This document shows positions 30,190 to 40,297 of a stretch of DNA of 64,000 nucleotides, piece after piece. Position 1 is the first letter of the stretch. Each line of letters begins with the position of its first letter. The DNA is from Terriglobia bacterium (GTDB lineage: Bacteria; Acidobacteriota; Terriglobia; 20CM-2-55-15): NCBI GenBank assembly GCA_963664115.2, contig CAXWPJ010000004.1, positions 64,001 through 128,000 on the forward strand. Reading direction: 5' to 3'. Below the pieces are notes generated by a model, which saw only the letters and a list, made by a program, of their open reading frames with translations, ran no database searches and was not told the origin of the DNA. A program made the translations under genes and the position numbers.

Positions 30190-31662
30190 ATGACTGATTC
30201 GAGACGCCCCGCAAGCGTCCGCATGCTGACGATGTTTTTCGCTGGGGCGCTTCTGTGTTCCCTTTGGTCGTGTTCAACCGAAGATCCCGCCTCCGGAGAC
30301 ACGACTGTCCCCGAAGGGGAGGCGGAGGCCAGGAATATAAGGCTCGTTGGCTACAACGACCTTCAGGGACGCGAGTCTCTCGTAGTCGTTACCAAGTCGG
30401 ACGAAGCCAACGGGAACTGGGTTTATGTCGGCCATCACGAAAGCTATTACGACGGCGAGCAACGCTTCAATCCGATCACTGAGCAGATGGAGTGGAACGG
30501 CACGTCGATCCTCGAGATCTCTGATCCCGCGAACCCACAGTTGGTGTGGCACATCCCGAACGATGTCAACGCGAACTCTCGCGGAGTGTCTGTGGTCTAC
30601 GACTATGATTTCGACGGCTCCGGCCGGGACTACCTGATTCGAAACTCCGAGGCGGGAACCGATCTGAAATTTCAGATCTTCGACATCACATCCCGTGACA
30701 CGGACCCGTCCCAGATCTCTCTTGTCTCAGAAATTACGGGAACTCCGGAGAACTCCTGTGGGCCGGGTTGTGGAGGAAACTTCATCCAGAGGGCGCACAA
30801 AGGATGGTGGTCCCCCGAAACCGGCTACTTCTATTCCGCGGCGGCCGAACCCGGATTCGGTGGGGCCCTCATCCAGATCTGGGATCTCGGCGAACCTCGA
30901 AACCCTGTATTTCTGGGAAGGGCCTGGGTGCCCGGCCAGAAGGATGGTGAGGCAGGCTTTGAAGGTCAGTACGCACACCACCCCATCGTCGATGAAGAGA
31001 ACAACCGGATCTATGCCGGTTTCCGCGAAGCCGGACATACGGCATCTTGGGACATTTCCGATCCCACGAACCCGACACTCGTCTGGATGATCGACACCTC
31101 ACCCCCGGGGCGGGGCCCACACACAGTGTCGCCCATCGTGTACAACGATGTTCCGAACTTCATGGGAGACGCGCTGCCCAGAACCTACGCCCTGGTTGTG
31201 GACGAGGCCGGGGGCGCTGACATCTCACCATGCCCGGGCGGTGTTCGGGCGAAGTCCTACATGTTCGATATTACCCACGAGACGAATCCGTTTCCGGTTT
31301 CGACCTGGCAGGTACCCGTTGACGATTTCTGCAACAAGGGTGGACGCTTCGGACCGCACCAGTCGGCCGAGACCGTGAACGGGAGCATCAATCGCTTCGA
31401 AGACAAAATGGCCTGGATTGCCTACTTCAACGCCGGTGTGCGCGTCCTGGATCTTTCCGATCCTTACAATCTGCGAGAGATCGGCTACTACATTCCGGAA
31501 CCCAACGAAAATACACATCCCATCGTGGAAGACCAACCGATCGTTATTCAGATCGATGACGTCGATCTCGATCACCGCGGCCTGGCCTATGCTTCAGACC
31601 GCACGGGCTCAGGGCTCTTCATTCTGGAATACACGGGGGCAAGCCCGGGGACAAGCGACTGA
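30190..31662 (+). CDS. LVIVD-repeat beta-propeller lipoprotein
   Basis: Lipobox-like LWSC; repeated I.DISDP..P and VLDLSDP motifs; GGRFGPHQ; DR.G.GL.IL. Confidence 0.82.
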   Translation: MTDSRRPASVRMLTMFFAGALLCSLWSCSTEDPASGDTTVPEGEAEARNIRLVGYNDLQGRESLVVVTKSDEANGNWVYVGHHESYYDGEQRFNPITEQMEWNGTSILEISDPANPQLVWHIPNDVNANSRGVSVVYDYDFDGSGRDYLIRNSEAGTDLKFQIFDITSRDTDPSQISLVSEITGTPENSCGPGCGGNFIQRAHKGWWSPETGYFYSAAAEPGFGGALIQIWDLGEPRNPVFLGRAWVPGQKDGEAGFEGQYAHHPIVDEENNRIYAGFREAGHTASWDISDPTNPTLVWMIDTSPPGRGPHTVSPIVYNDVPNFMGDALPRTYALVVDEAGGADISPCPGGVRAKSYMFDITHETNPFPVSTWQVPVDDFCNKGGRFGPHQSAETVNGSINRFEDKMAWIAYFNAGVRVLDLSDPYNLREIGYYIPEPNENTHPIVEDQPIVIQIDDVDLDHRGLAYASDRTGSGLFILEYTGASPGTSD

Positions 31663-31722
31663 ATCCGGCGTCAGTCACGAAAAGGAACGTCCGGAGCATG
31701 GAAACTGGGCACGTGACAGAAT

Positions 31723-32664
31723 TTAAGCCGTGAACCGCGGCACGTCTTCGCCATCCAGATAGGCCAGCAACAAATCGGCCGCCCCCTGGGCGAACAGTCC
31801 GTATCTGAAGTCCGTCGTCCAACCCATGTGGGGCGTCAGGACGACGTTCGAAAGGCGGGTCAGTGGGTGACTGGCCGGCAGCGGTTCTTGATCGAAAACA
31901 TCGAGACCGGCACCTGCGATGCGTCCTTCGGCCAGGGCCTCGACCAGCGCGGCTTCTTCCACGATGGGTCCACGTGCGGTATTGATCAGATACGCGGAAG
32001 CTTTCATCAAGCCGACACGTCGGCTGTCAATCAGACCGCGTGACTCGGGTGTAAGAGCGGCATGAACGGATACGACGTCCGCAATCGCTAAGAGATCATC
32101 GAGAGCTTGGAATTCGACGTCCGCTTCCTTAGCGAGGGCGTCAGTCAACCGGGGCCCCCAGGCGAGCACGCGCATTCCCAATAATCGGCACACCCCGGCC
32201 ACATGCTGTCCAATCCTTCCGAAGCCGACAATACCGAGCGTCTTGCCGTGCAGCGCCGGTGTCAGAGGGGTCGACCACTCTCCGCTACGCACGGCATGGT
32301 CATGCGCAGGTATCTGCCGCATTACCGCGATCATTAACCCGACTGTAAGCTCGACTGCTCCGTAAGAATGTCCTGCTGCCGCTTTTCCTACCACGATGCC
32401 GCGCTCGGCGGCCGCGGGGAGATCGATGTGATTCACGTGTGTGCCGGTCTGCGCGATGATCCGGAGATCCGGAAGCTGTTCAAACAGTTCACGCGTAAAA
32501 CGCGTACGCTCCCTGTTCGCAACCAGGGCATCGAAACCACTGAGGACAGAGGGCTCACCAAAAGGTCGGGTGAAGATACGCACCTCCACACGTTCGCGCA
32601 GCCGGCGAACGCCGTCGGTCACCTCATAGGCCTGATGTATATCGTCGAGTATTGCGACGCGCAT
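31723..32664 (-). CDS. D-2-hydroxyacid dehydrogenase family protein
   Basis: GFGRIG, INTARG, LDVFDQEP, TPHMG. Confidence 0.93.
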   Translation of the reverse strand: MRVAILDDIHQAYEVTDGVRRLRERVEVRIFTRPFGEPSVLSGFDALVANRERTRFTRELFEQLPDLRIIAQTGTHVNHIDLPAAAERGIVVGKAAAGHSYGAVELTVGLMIAVMRQIPAHDHAVRSGEWSTPLTPALHGKTLGIVGFGRIGQHVAGVCRLLGMRVLAWGPRLTDALAKEADVEFQALDDLLAIADVVSVHAALTPESRGLIDSRRVGLMKASAYLINTARGPIVEEAALVEALAEGRIAGAGLDVFDQEPLPASHPLTRLSNVVLTPHMGWTTDFRYGLFAQGAADLLLAYLDGEDVPRFTA

Positions 32665-32674
32665 ACGTCCGCGG

Positions 32675-33913
32675 TCAGAGGAAAAGCAGCCAGCAGAGGA
32701 GGGCGCCGACGATAGACATCGACAGACCCCACGCGAGCAGCGAATTGAACATCTGCCGCGTGTCGGTACCGGCAGGCGTAGCGGCTAGAAACAGTGCACC
32801 CACTGTCGAGAGCGACGACATATCAACGAGGCTGGCACCCACGTTCATAGACCACGCGATCGGCAGCGGATCAATGTTGCCCACAGTCGCAGTCAGGCCG
32901 GGAACCAGGGGCAGAAAGGCAGGCAATACCACGCCGGAAGTACTGCTGTAAACTGATACAACACCTGAGCCGAAAGCCACGATTGGCGCCAGAGTGCCCG
33001 GCGTAGAGATGCCGGCCAACGCATTTGTGAACAGGGCCATACCTTCCGTCCGCTCCAGTATTGACACCAGGACGGTGACGCCCGTCACCATCAGAATCAC
33101 ACCCCAGGGAATCCCTTGAATGGCCTGGCGCTCGTCCACGGTTCGAAGCAGCACCAGTATCACCGCAATCGTCAGACCCGTCATACCGACATGCGAACCG
33201 AAACCGGCCACGGCGATGACGAAAATCCCGATACCCGTCAAGGTAAGCCAGTGTTTCGTTTCCATCTCGCTACTTTCGTGATCCACCACAGCCTCGGTGC
33301 TGCCTTTTCTGAATAGGCGTAGTCCGCCGAACAGAGCAAACCCGGCAAAGGCGACGAGGGCGTGTGCGAACGCGTTGTACCCGTACGTGTACCACTCAAC
33401 ACCGCCCAGACCGATACGTTCCATGACGCCGTTGGCAACAATACCTGTGGGTGCGAACGGCGAAAGTGTTCCCGCCAACGCTCCGTTGCCGGCCATGATG
33501 GCCATGAGAAAGGGTGAGATACCCGCACGGGCAGCGATTGCCATCGCCGGCGGCGCAATCAAGGCAGCGGTCGGCGTACCACCAGGACCTATCGTCGCCA
33601 CGATCATACCGAGGAAAAAGAACATGACCGGCAGCATGCCGGCGTTGCCGCGGCATACGCGCACCGCGCGTGCGGTCATGCGGGTCAAAGTGCCGTTACT
33701 GTTGGCAACACTGAACAGCAGAGTTACCCCGATCAACGTGACCAGCAGGGTTGTCGGATAGCCTTCCAGAACGGTGCCAACCGACATGCCACCGAGGTAG
33801 ACTCCGATCAGCCAGGCCAAGGCCATGGCGAGCACGCCCACGTTGACAGCCGTCGTACAGCTCAACCCAACGGCGAGCACCAGCGCGCCTATCGAAATCC
33901 ATGCCAGATTCAT
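32675..33913 (-). CDS. MatC/SLC13-type dicarboxylate transporter
   Basis: NVGVLA, GTLSPFAPTG, SSTSGVVLP, SSLSTVGA; multi-TM. Confidence 0.82.
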   Translation of the reverse strand: MNLAWISIGALVLAVGLSCTTAVNVGVLAMALAWLIGVYLGGMSVGTVLEGYPTTLLVTLIGVTLLFSVANSNGTLTRMTARAVRVCRGNAGMLPVMFFFLGMIVATIGPGGTPTAALIAPPAMAIAARAGISPFLMAIMAGNGALAGTLSPFAPTGIVANGVMERIGLGGVEWYTYGYNAFAHALVAFAGFALFGGLRLFRKGSTEAVVDHESSEMETKHWLTLTGIGIFVIAVAGFGSHVGMTGLTIAVILVLLRTVDERQAIQGIPWGVILMVTGVTVLVSILERTEGMALFTNALAGISTPGTLAPIVAFGSGVVSVYSSTSGVVLPAFLPLVPGLTATVGNIDPLPIAWSMNVGASLVDMSSLSTVGALFLAATPAGTDTRQMFNSLLAWGLSMSIVGALLCWLLFL

Positions 33914-35346
33914 CGCTTCTCAACCGTCGACGACGCACTCTCCGAATCGGGAGTGAGAAGAGCTATGAGCGCGTTGATATTGGAAACGTCTTCGATCGAT
34001 TCCGCAACGCTGAGCGTATCGTGTGCCGCTCGCTCGGTAAGAACCAGTCCGGCACATTCAGAAAATTTTTCGTGCAAATCTTCGCGCGTAAAAGGCATGT
34101 CGGGTCCGCCCCTGTACTGTTGGGCCGCTTCCTGCACCAGATGGGTCCCGTCTTCCAGATCCACCTCGACGGTGCTCCGGATCTTCTCGAATCCCAAGGC
34201 TTCGATGTCCGGATCGAGGATTGTTCGAACCCGGGCCATCATCTCCTGAACCTCAGCGCTCTGGACGAAGGCGTCAGTAAATTCATGGACTCCGGCCCTG
34301 CGTCGTAGCGCAATACTCGAAAGCATGAAGGCCGGGCAGAACTTTGCTTCCAGTTCCGTATGTGCGATCGGGTACCGGAGTGGGTTCAGGATATTCGAAC
34401 CGGCGCGAAGACGGATGGCGCGGATATTTTCGGGCTTTACGTCGTTGTCGATGACAAGCTTCCGCATGGCATCCATGCTGGGATGTCCAAGCACACCGCA
34501 GGGGTACGGTTTGATGGAAACGCCCGGAGTCACGATCGTGTACGGGTTGCCAAGGGCGCCGACAATCCGCTCAGGATCAAAGCCTGCACCGAAGCTGAAG
34601 ATCTGGAAAAACCCCCAAGGACCGTCCAGACCATCGTCGCCGCCGGTGAACCCCTTCAAAGCCAATTCTGCTGCCGTAACACCGTTCTGGGCCGCGCGGC
34701 CAACATGAAGCGGCTTCGTCATCGTTCCAAAGTTGACGCGGATTCCGGCGGACAAGCTGGCCACGATCGCCAGCGCATGAGACGTCGCGGTCGCATCGAG
34801 GCCGAGCAATTTCGCGGCAGTTGCCATCGCACCGAAAGCGCCAATCGTACCGGAGGAATGAAATCCTTTCTTGTAATGACCCGGATCGATGGCTTCAGCG
34901 ATCTTGCACTCCACTTCGAACCCAACCAGGAAGGCCTCAAGGAACCGCGCCCCGGACACCCCATCCCGTTCGCCCAGCGCCAGCGCGGCAGCCAGAGGAG
35001 GAATCGTCGGATGGGTCATCAATCCGAAAATTCGGTCGGCACTCGTCGACAACTGCGTGTCGTCCCAATCTAGTGCGTGTCCGCTGGCGCCGTTGGCCAG
35101 GGCCGCCGATGCCGCGTTCGTCTGAAATGGTGCCGCACCCAGCACCGTGGATTGGCCTGTGCCTTCGCAACCGTGGATGTAGTCGCAAATGATCCCGCTG
35201 CCGCGAGTGGTCGAACCCGCCAGCATCACTCCGAGTCCGTCAATAATGCAGCGCTTCGCCAGATGGAGGGCTTCATCCGGAAAATCGAAACTGTCCTGGG
35301 TGATGAACCCGACCACGTCCCCGCTTGCACAAATCTTTTCTTTCAT
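33910..35346 (-). CDS. MmgE/PrpD family protein
   Basis: ANG..GHALDWDD, HP, KGFH, NFGTMTKPLH, KPYPC. Confidence 0.93.
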   Translation of the reverse strand: MKEKICASGDVVGFITQDSFDFPDEALHLAKRCIIDGLGVMLAGSTTRGSGIICDYIHGCEGTGQSTVLGAAPFQTNAASAALANGASGHALDWDDTQLSTSADRIFGLMTHPTIPPLAAALALGERDGVSGARFLEAFLVGFEVECKIAEAIDPGHYKKGFHSSGTIGAFGAMATAAKLLGLDATATSHALAIVASLSAGIRVNFGTMTKPLHVGRAAQNGVTAAELALKGFTGGDDGLDGPWGFFQIFSFGAGFDPERIVGALGNPYTIVTPGVSIKPYPCGVLGHPSMDAMRKLVIDNDVKPENIRAIRLRAGSNILNPLRYPIAHTELEAKFCPAFMLSSIALRRRAGVHEFTDAFVQSAEVQEMMARVRTILDPDIEALGFEKIRSTVEVDLEDGTHLVQEAAQQYRGGPDMPFTREDLHEKFSECAGLVLTERAAHDTLSVAESIEDVSNINALIALLTPDSESASSTVEKR

Positions 35347-35438
35347 GGAGTTCTTAACAAAAAAGACAGGACTGCGGACTTTAATTGAGAAAGATACGGC
35401 CTGTACACCCCCAGCGCCCGAATTGACGGGATCTGAGG

Positions 35439-35987
35439 TCAGGCTTCGTGCATCTTGCGCATTGCAGCTGTGAACCGGTCACTCTCTCCGCGCGGAATAC
35501 TCAGCGACTGCCACTGACCCGAGCATAGGTGCTTCGCGAGGAACACAATCTGCCCAACGTGATAGGCGTAGTGCGTAAACTGCCGATTGATCGCGGAGGT
35601 CACCGACATGGATTCCCCTCGGAGCACGACGGATTTATTCATGTCGTCTTCAGTCAGACGTTCAAGCACTTCAAAAGTACGCCCCCACCCGCCCTCCCAC
35701 CTTTCCAACAGCGCGGGTTTCGTATCCCCGTCGCCGATCTCAAACTCCGCATCGCGGTTGCGTTTAGATGATTCGCTCTCACCTTCCTGGGGAAATCCGT
35801 CCCAGCGCGTCTGCATGTTTCCGGCCAGATGCTTCAGAAGCAGAGCGATGCTGTTGGATTCCGCATCCAGCGTTGTGAACAAGTCCGCGTCACTGACCTG
35901 ATCCAATGCCGCCTCTGCCAGGGCTTTCATCTTGCCCATACGGTCCCGGACGTCAGTCAGATATTCACTTGTAAAGGAGTTCTGCAT
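35439..35987 (-). CDS. DUF1572 / DinB-superfamily protein
   Basis: NSIALLLKHLAGN, RNRDAEF, HYAYHVGQIV, SLSIPRG. Confidence 0.88.
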   Translation of the reverse strand: MQNSFTSEYLTDVRDRMGKMKALAEAALDQVSDADLFTTLDAESNSIALLLKHLAGNMQTRWDGFPQEGESESSKRNRDAEFEIGDGDTKPALLERWEGGWGRTFEVLERLTEDDMNKSVVLRGESMSVTSAINRQFTHYAYHVGQIVFLAKHLCSGQWQSLSIPRGESDRFTAAMRKMHEA

Positions 35988-36156
35988 TTTCTTCAATCAT
36001 CAGCGACATTACCACTATCTGGGAGGGCCCAGCGTCACAATCACCTTCCGGCTCTGAAGTGTACCTCCTTCTGGGTGGTTTTTTAATTTGCGCATGGAGA
36101 TCAAACGGGTATGCTGAGGCCGAATTGATATCTCCAGTTTACGGGAGGAAACTTTT

Positions 36157-37113
36157 GTGAAAGCCAAACACCTTTCATTGCCGCTTACGATACTCGTTCT
36201 ATTGACCGGAACGGCTCAAGCCAGCGAGACCGTTCAAAGTGCGGATCAGCAGTTCGACCTTCGAGTCCTGACTGACGTCGGCGCCAATGAAATCCAGCAA
36301 TTAGCTCGGCAGGCCGGGAGGGGTGACATCGTGTCGCAGCGTATGCTCGGGTTGCTTTACCTCACAGGAGACGATCCCAGGGACCCCAGGAGGACTGAGT
36401 TAGTTGGGGTTGATACCGAAGAAGCCGCAATATGGTTTTTGATGGCGGCCGAACAGGGTGACTTGCTTTCGCAGCTGAGACTGGGTCTCCTGTACCACGA
36501 CGGGAACGGCGTGCCTCGTGATTATGCCGAAGCCGCCAGGTGGCTGCGTGCCCCGGCTGAATCGGGTGATGTGGACGCACAGACTTTTATGGGAAGCGTT
36601 TTCACGCGGAGCAGTGCTGACTGGGAACTGGATTACGAAGAGGCCGCCAAGTGGTTCGGCCTGGCCGCGGACCAGGGCAGCCTGGGCGCGATACTGACCC
36701 TCGCAGGTCTCTATCACAACGGCCTCGGTATCGAGTTGGACTTTGAAAAGGCGATGGAACTGTACCGCCAGGGATCCGACAATGCGACAGCTCAGTTCAA
36801 TATTGGCACGATGTATCGACGGGGCGAAGGCGTCTCCGTGGATCTGGACGACGCTGCCGAGTGGATTGAAAGGGCGGCCGAACAGGGGCATACCGCGGCC
36901 CAGTATGAACTGGGAACAATGTACTTCGCGGGCGAGGGTGTGAGGCAGGACAACGTCCGGGCTCACATGTGGGTCGATCTCGCCGCGGGGTCCTCGGGAG
37001 GCGCCGAGCGAACGAGCCGCATCGAGATGCGGGATACCATCGCAGCCGAAATGTCGCCCGACGAGATTGCGGAAGCCGCTGAGCGCCGGGCCGAATGGCA
37101 GCCCGGCCGCTAA
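36157..37113 (+). CDS. Sel1-like repeat protein, secreted
   Basis: Repeated AQ..LG..Y..G.GV..D..EA..W...AAEQG units. Confidence 0.92.
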   Translation: MKAKHLSLPLTILVLLTGTAQASETVQSADQQFDLRVLTDVGANEIQQLARQAGRGDIVSQRMLGLLYLTGDDPRDPRRTELVGVDTEEAAIWFLMAAEQGDLLSQLRLGLLYHDGNGVPRDYAEAARWLRAPAESGDVDAQTFMGSVFTRSSADWELDYEEAAKWFGLAADQGSLGAILTLAGLYHNGLGIELDFEKAMELYRQGSDNATAQFNIGTMYRRGEGVSVDLDDAAEWIERAAEQGHTAAQYELGTMYFAGEGVRQDNVRAHMWVDLAAGSSGGAERTSRIEMRDTIAAEMSPDEIAEAAERRAEWQPGR

Positions 37114-37114
37114 A

Positions 37115-37165
37115 AGGGGACGGACACTTCAGAATCGGTCCCCGATTGTGAAGTGTCCGTCCCCT
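37115..37165. repeat. REP-like inverted repeat, copy 2
   Basis: 17-bp arms AGGGGACGGACACTTCA / TGAAGTGTCCGTCCCCT extended by an AATCGG/CCGATT inner stem. Confidence 0.8.
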
Positions 37166-37180
37166 CCCGGGAGGTATGAC

Positions 37181-37918
37181 ATGAAGTCGTCCCATTGTTT
37201 GATCATTGTGATGTGTGTCGCGGTTGCCGGCCTCGCCGCGTGCACGGTCGAAAGCACGCCAGCAACCTCAGTTGCTGAACCGGTCAGCGCAGGGGTGAAC
37301 CTGACCGCACAGGAGCCGGTGATGCTGCCGGCCGACATCATCGAAGATTCCATGGCGCGGCTGCCCACCCTCGATCGTGCACGTGATCTCGATGCATACG
37401 GACAACGCGTCTTCGACATCATCGTCAATCCTGAAAGCCGGTACGCCGATGGCCTCCGGGGACCCGTCGGCATGTGGATGTACTCGCCACAGATGGCCGA
37501 GCACATTTTCCCCGCGAGCACATACCTGAGGTTTGGCACGCAATTCGACCAACGCCTCACCGAACTTGCGATTCTCACGACGGCCCGGGAAGTTAATAGC
37601 CAGTACGTATGGACGCAGCATGAGGGCAACGCCACAGAGGCGGGTCTCGATGACGAGATCATCGAAATCGTGAAACACCGCCGGAGTCCAGCCGGAGTGG
37701 GCGATGCGGAAACCACAATCATCGAATTTGGCCGCCAGGTGCTTGGTAGTGAGAAACTGAGTGCGGAGACATTTGCGAATGCACTGGAGTTGTTCGGCGA
37801 GCAGGGTGTGATGAATCTTGCCGGCCTGATGGGGTACTACAGCTTCGTGGCCATCACGGTCAAAACATTCGACGTGCAACTGGCTCTGGATCAAGAGCGT
37901 TTGCTACCGATGCCGTAG
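37181..37918 (+). CDS. carboxymuconolactone decarboxylase/AhpD-like lipoprotein
   Basis: Lipobox LAAC; ELAILTTARE...Y.W..H...A..AGL; GGAGG RBS. Confidence 0.82.
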   Translation: MKSSHCLIIVMCVAVAGLAACTVESTPATSVAEPVSAGVNLTAQEPVMLPADIIEDSMARLPTLDRARDLDAYGQRVFDIIVNPESRYADGLRGPVGMWMYSPQMAEHIFPASTYLRFGTQFDQRLTELAILTTAREVNSQYVWTQHEGNATEAGLDDEIIEIVKHRRSPAGVGDAETTIIEFGRQVLGSEKLSAETFANALELFGEQGVMNLAGLMGYYSFVAITVKTFDVQLALDQERLLPMP

Positions 37919-38018
37919 GCCCAAAACCCTGCAATCCTTTCTCAAGTCCTATAACTCCGCTTGTCGCGTACTGCAGCCCGTGGTCAGTATCGGCCACGGG
38001 CTACTCTGATCATCGGTA

Positions 38019-38594
38019 ATGCTAAATCTCAAATCAGCATCGTCGACTCGCTGGCTCGAGCAGGTCGAATCCCACCTTGACGCAGTGCTAATCGACCACG
38101 CTCACTGCGAGAAGAAAGCGGCCGGCAACGCGATGAACCTGATTTTTGCCTACGTGGTCAACGAAGAACTCTGCCGCGAGATGACGGTGATCGTCAACGA
38201 AGAGCTCGAACATTTTCACATGGTCCTGGAGCTTCTAAAGCAACGCGGGATTCCGCTGCGTCGCAACAAGCCGACCGAGTACGGGCGGAAGCTGAACGCT
38301 CTTGTCCGCAAGTCAGAACCCGAGCGCGCAATCGATCGCTTGCTCGTTCCAGCCTTGATCGAAGCGCGATCTTGTGAACGCTTCAGCCTGCTCGGTGAGA
38401 ACCTCAAGGATAGAACTCTGGCTAAGTTCTACGACAGCCTCTTTGAATCCGAAGCCCGCCACCATAGCGTCTATGTGCGGCTCGCCAATATGTATGGCTC
38501 TGAAGACGCGGTTCGCCAACGTCTCGATGTTTTAGCTGTTGAAGAGGCGAAAATCATCGATACCGGCGATGTTTTGCCGCGCATGCATAGCTAA
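38019..38594 (+). CDS. miaE: tRNA-(ms2io6A)-hydroxylase
   Basis: DHAHCEKKAA, EELEHF, IEARSCERF, SEARH di-iron motifs. Confidence 0.9.
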   Translation: MLNLKSASSTRWLEQVESHLDAVLIDHAHCEKKAAGNAMNLIFAYVVNEELCREMTVIVNEELEHFHMVLELLKQRGIPLRRNKPTEYGRKLNALVRKSEPERAIDRLLVPALIEARSCERFSLLGENLKDRTLAKFYDSLFESEARHHSVYVRLANMYGSEDAVRQRLDVLAVEEAKIIDTGDVLPRMHS

Positions 38595-38769
38595 AGAAAT
38601 CAAACCAAGGTGGTTGCTCGTTCCGCGGATTTCCGTTTATGGTTTCTCGATCGACGAGATATCATGCCAGCTCAACCGGCCGATGCAATACCAGCGTTCA
38701 GTCGTTCTGCTGGAGGTTCAAGCGCCAGCGTCTGACAGGGTCGTCCACGCCCGGTTGAGGAGACTGGCT

Positions 38770-39162
38770 ATGAACACAGCACGCGCGTTAACTCTTTTTG
38801 CTACGGCCACCCTGTTGCTGGCTGTTTGTGTCGATACGGCGTCAGCCCACCATTCCACTACGATTTATGATTCCGACAATCCTATTGAGCTCAGTGGCAC
38901 GGTGGTTGAATGGAGGTTCATCAATCCTCATTGCATCATCATGCTTGAAGTGACCGACGAGAGCGGAGACACCTCGATCTGGATTCTGGAAGGTAGCAAC
39001 ACCAGCGTCCTGTTTCGCCGCGGCTGGACACCGATGACACTACAGTCGGAGGATAAAATCATTGTTAGAGTCCGACCGCTACGTAGCGGCGTCCCCGGCG
39101 GCAACTACAGTGATCCTCGTTGGGAAGATGGTACGCCTGTCGATCCAAGCGCTGATGACTAA
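38770..39162 (+). CDS. DUF6152-like secreted protein (copy A0)
   Basis: Signal peptide ASA|HHS, INPH, W.LE, RRGW. Confidence 0.8.
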   Translation: MNTARALTLFATATLLLAVCVDTASAHHSTTIYDSDNPIELSGTVVEWRFINPHCIIMLEVTDESGDTSIWILEGSNTSVLFRRGWTPMTLQSEDKIIVRVRPLRSGVPGGNYSDPRWEDGTPVDPSADD

Positions 39163-39208
39163 GTGGGTGATAAGCATGTTTATGCTGACAGAGGGCGGAA
39201 TCAACAAC

Positions 39209-40042
39209 ATGAGTAGGCTCTTGATCGTGATCATCTTCGCTATGGTGACTGCTATCTCATGTGCACAACAGGAAAGTACATCGGGCACGGCTGCTTTCGC
39301 CACATATCCTGACTGGGGAGGACAATGGCAACGCATCGGCAGTCTGAACTGGCCCCCGGAAGGATACACGGAAGCGGGGCCTGCGCCCTTGACCGAGGAA
39401 TACCAGGCAATCTACGAAGAGAACCTGGAGCTGCGCAGCAATGGCGTTCTGGCCGGTGATCCACCTGCGACGTGCCTGCCGCCAGGTATGCCCAGGGTAA
39501 TGAAAATGAGTTTCCCGATGGAGATTATTGTCACTCCTGACATGACCCACATCATTGCCGACTGGGAGAGTCAGGTACGTCGCATTTACACAGATGGGCG
39601 CGCCTGGCCCGACTATATATTGCCGGAATTCAACGGGTATTCGATTGGCGAGTGGCACGATGAAGATATTGATGGTGTCTATGACATGCTTTCAATCGAA
39701 ACGCGTGGCATCAAAGGACCCCGTTCCATTGATTCCACAGGCGTGGTTCTGCACGAAAATAACCAGACGGTGGTGCTGGAAGAGATCCGCCGCGTTGATG
39801 AGAACACGATGGAAGACAGAGTGACCACAATCGACGATGCCTTTACCGGACCCTGGACGATCAATCAGCACTACAGCCACGTCACCGAAGACATCGTCTG
39901 GGTCGAGTACGTCTGCGCCGAAGGCAATCGCCACATAAAACTCGGTGATGAGTGGTACTTTCTGAATGATGCCGAAGGAATTCTGGAGCCAACCCGCGCA
40001 GGTCAAGCTCGGCTCGTTCCGGAAACTCAGGTCAATCAATAA
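39209..40042 (+). CDS. secreted/lipoprotein partner of DUF6152 (copy B0)
   Basis: DP..TCLPPGMPR, RRIYTDGR, GYSIGEW, IET, EYVCAEGN. Confidence 0.8.
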   Translation: MSRLLIVIIFAMVTAISCAQQESTSGTAAFATYPDWGGQWQRIGSLNWPPEGYTEAGPAPLTEEYQAIYEENLELRSNGVLAGDPPATCLPPGMPRVMKMSFPMEIIVTPDMTHIIADWESQVRRIYTDGRAWPDYILPEFNGYSIGEWHDEDIDGVYDMLSIETRGIKGPRSIDSTGVVLHENNQTVVLEEIRRVDENTMEDRVTTIDDAFTGPWTINQHYSHVTEDIVWVEYVCAEGNRHIKLGDEWYFLNDAEGILEPTRAGQARLVPETQVNQ

Positions 40043-40297
40043 TCCACACTTGCCGGTGGCGTGAAGCACGTCGCCCGTCCCTGGCCGAGGCTGGAACCCA
40101 TTCTCGAGACCCGAAAAATCCCTCTTGTCGGAAGTTAAAAAACCCCAGAGGTAAAAAAGTCCAGGATTCAAACGACAATTCGCTACCCGCAGGGCAGGCG
40201 CAAGGGAGTTTGCAGTCAGAGAACTGAAGGCAAGCAGCCTTTCCGTTCCAATAGCTTGTTCGAATCGAGTGCAAACCCTTCATGCACACGCATCCGC

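Noticed and set aside
38019-38594. miaE as an unusual gene
   Set aside because: Well-known, patchily distributed family with intact motifs; nothing novel visible.
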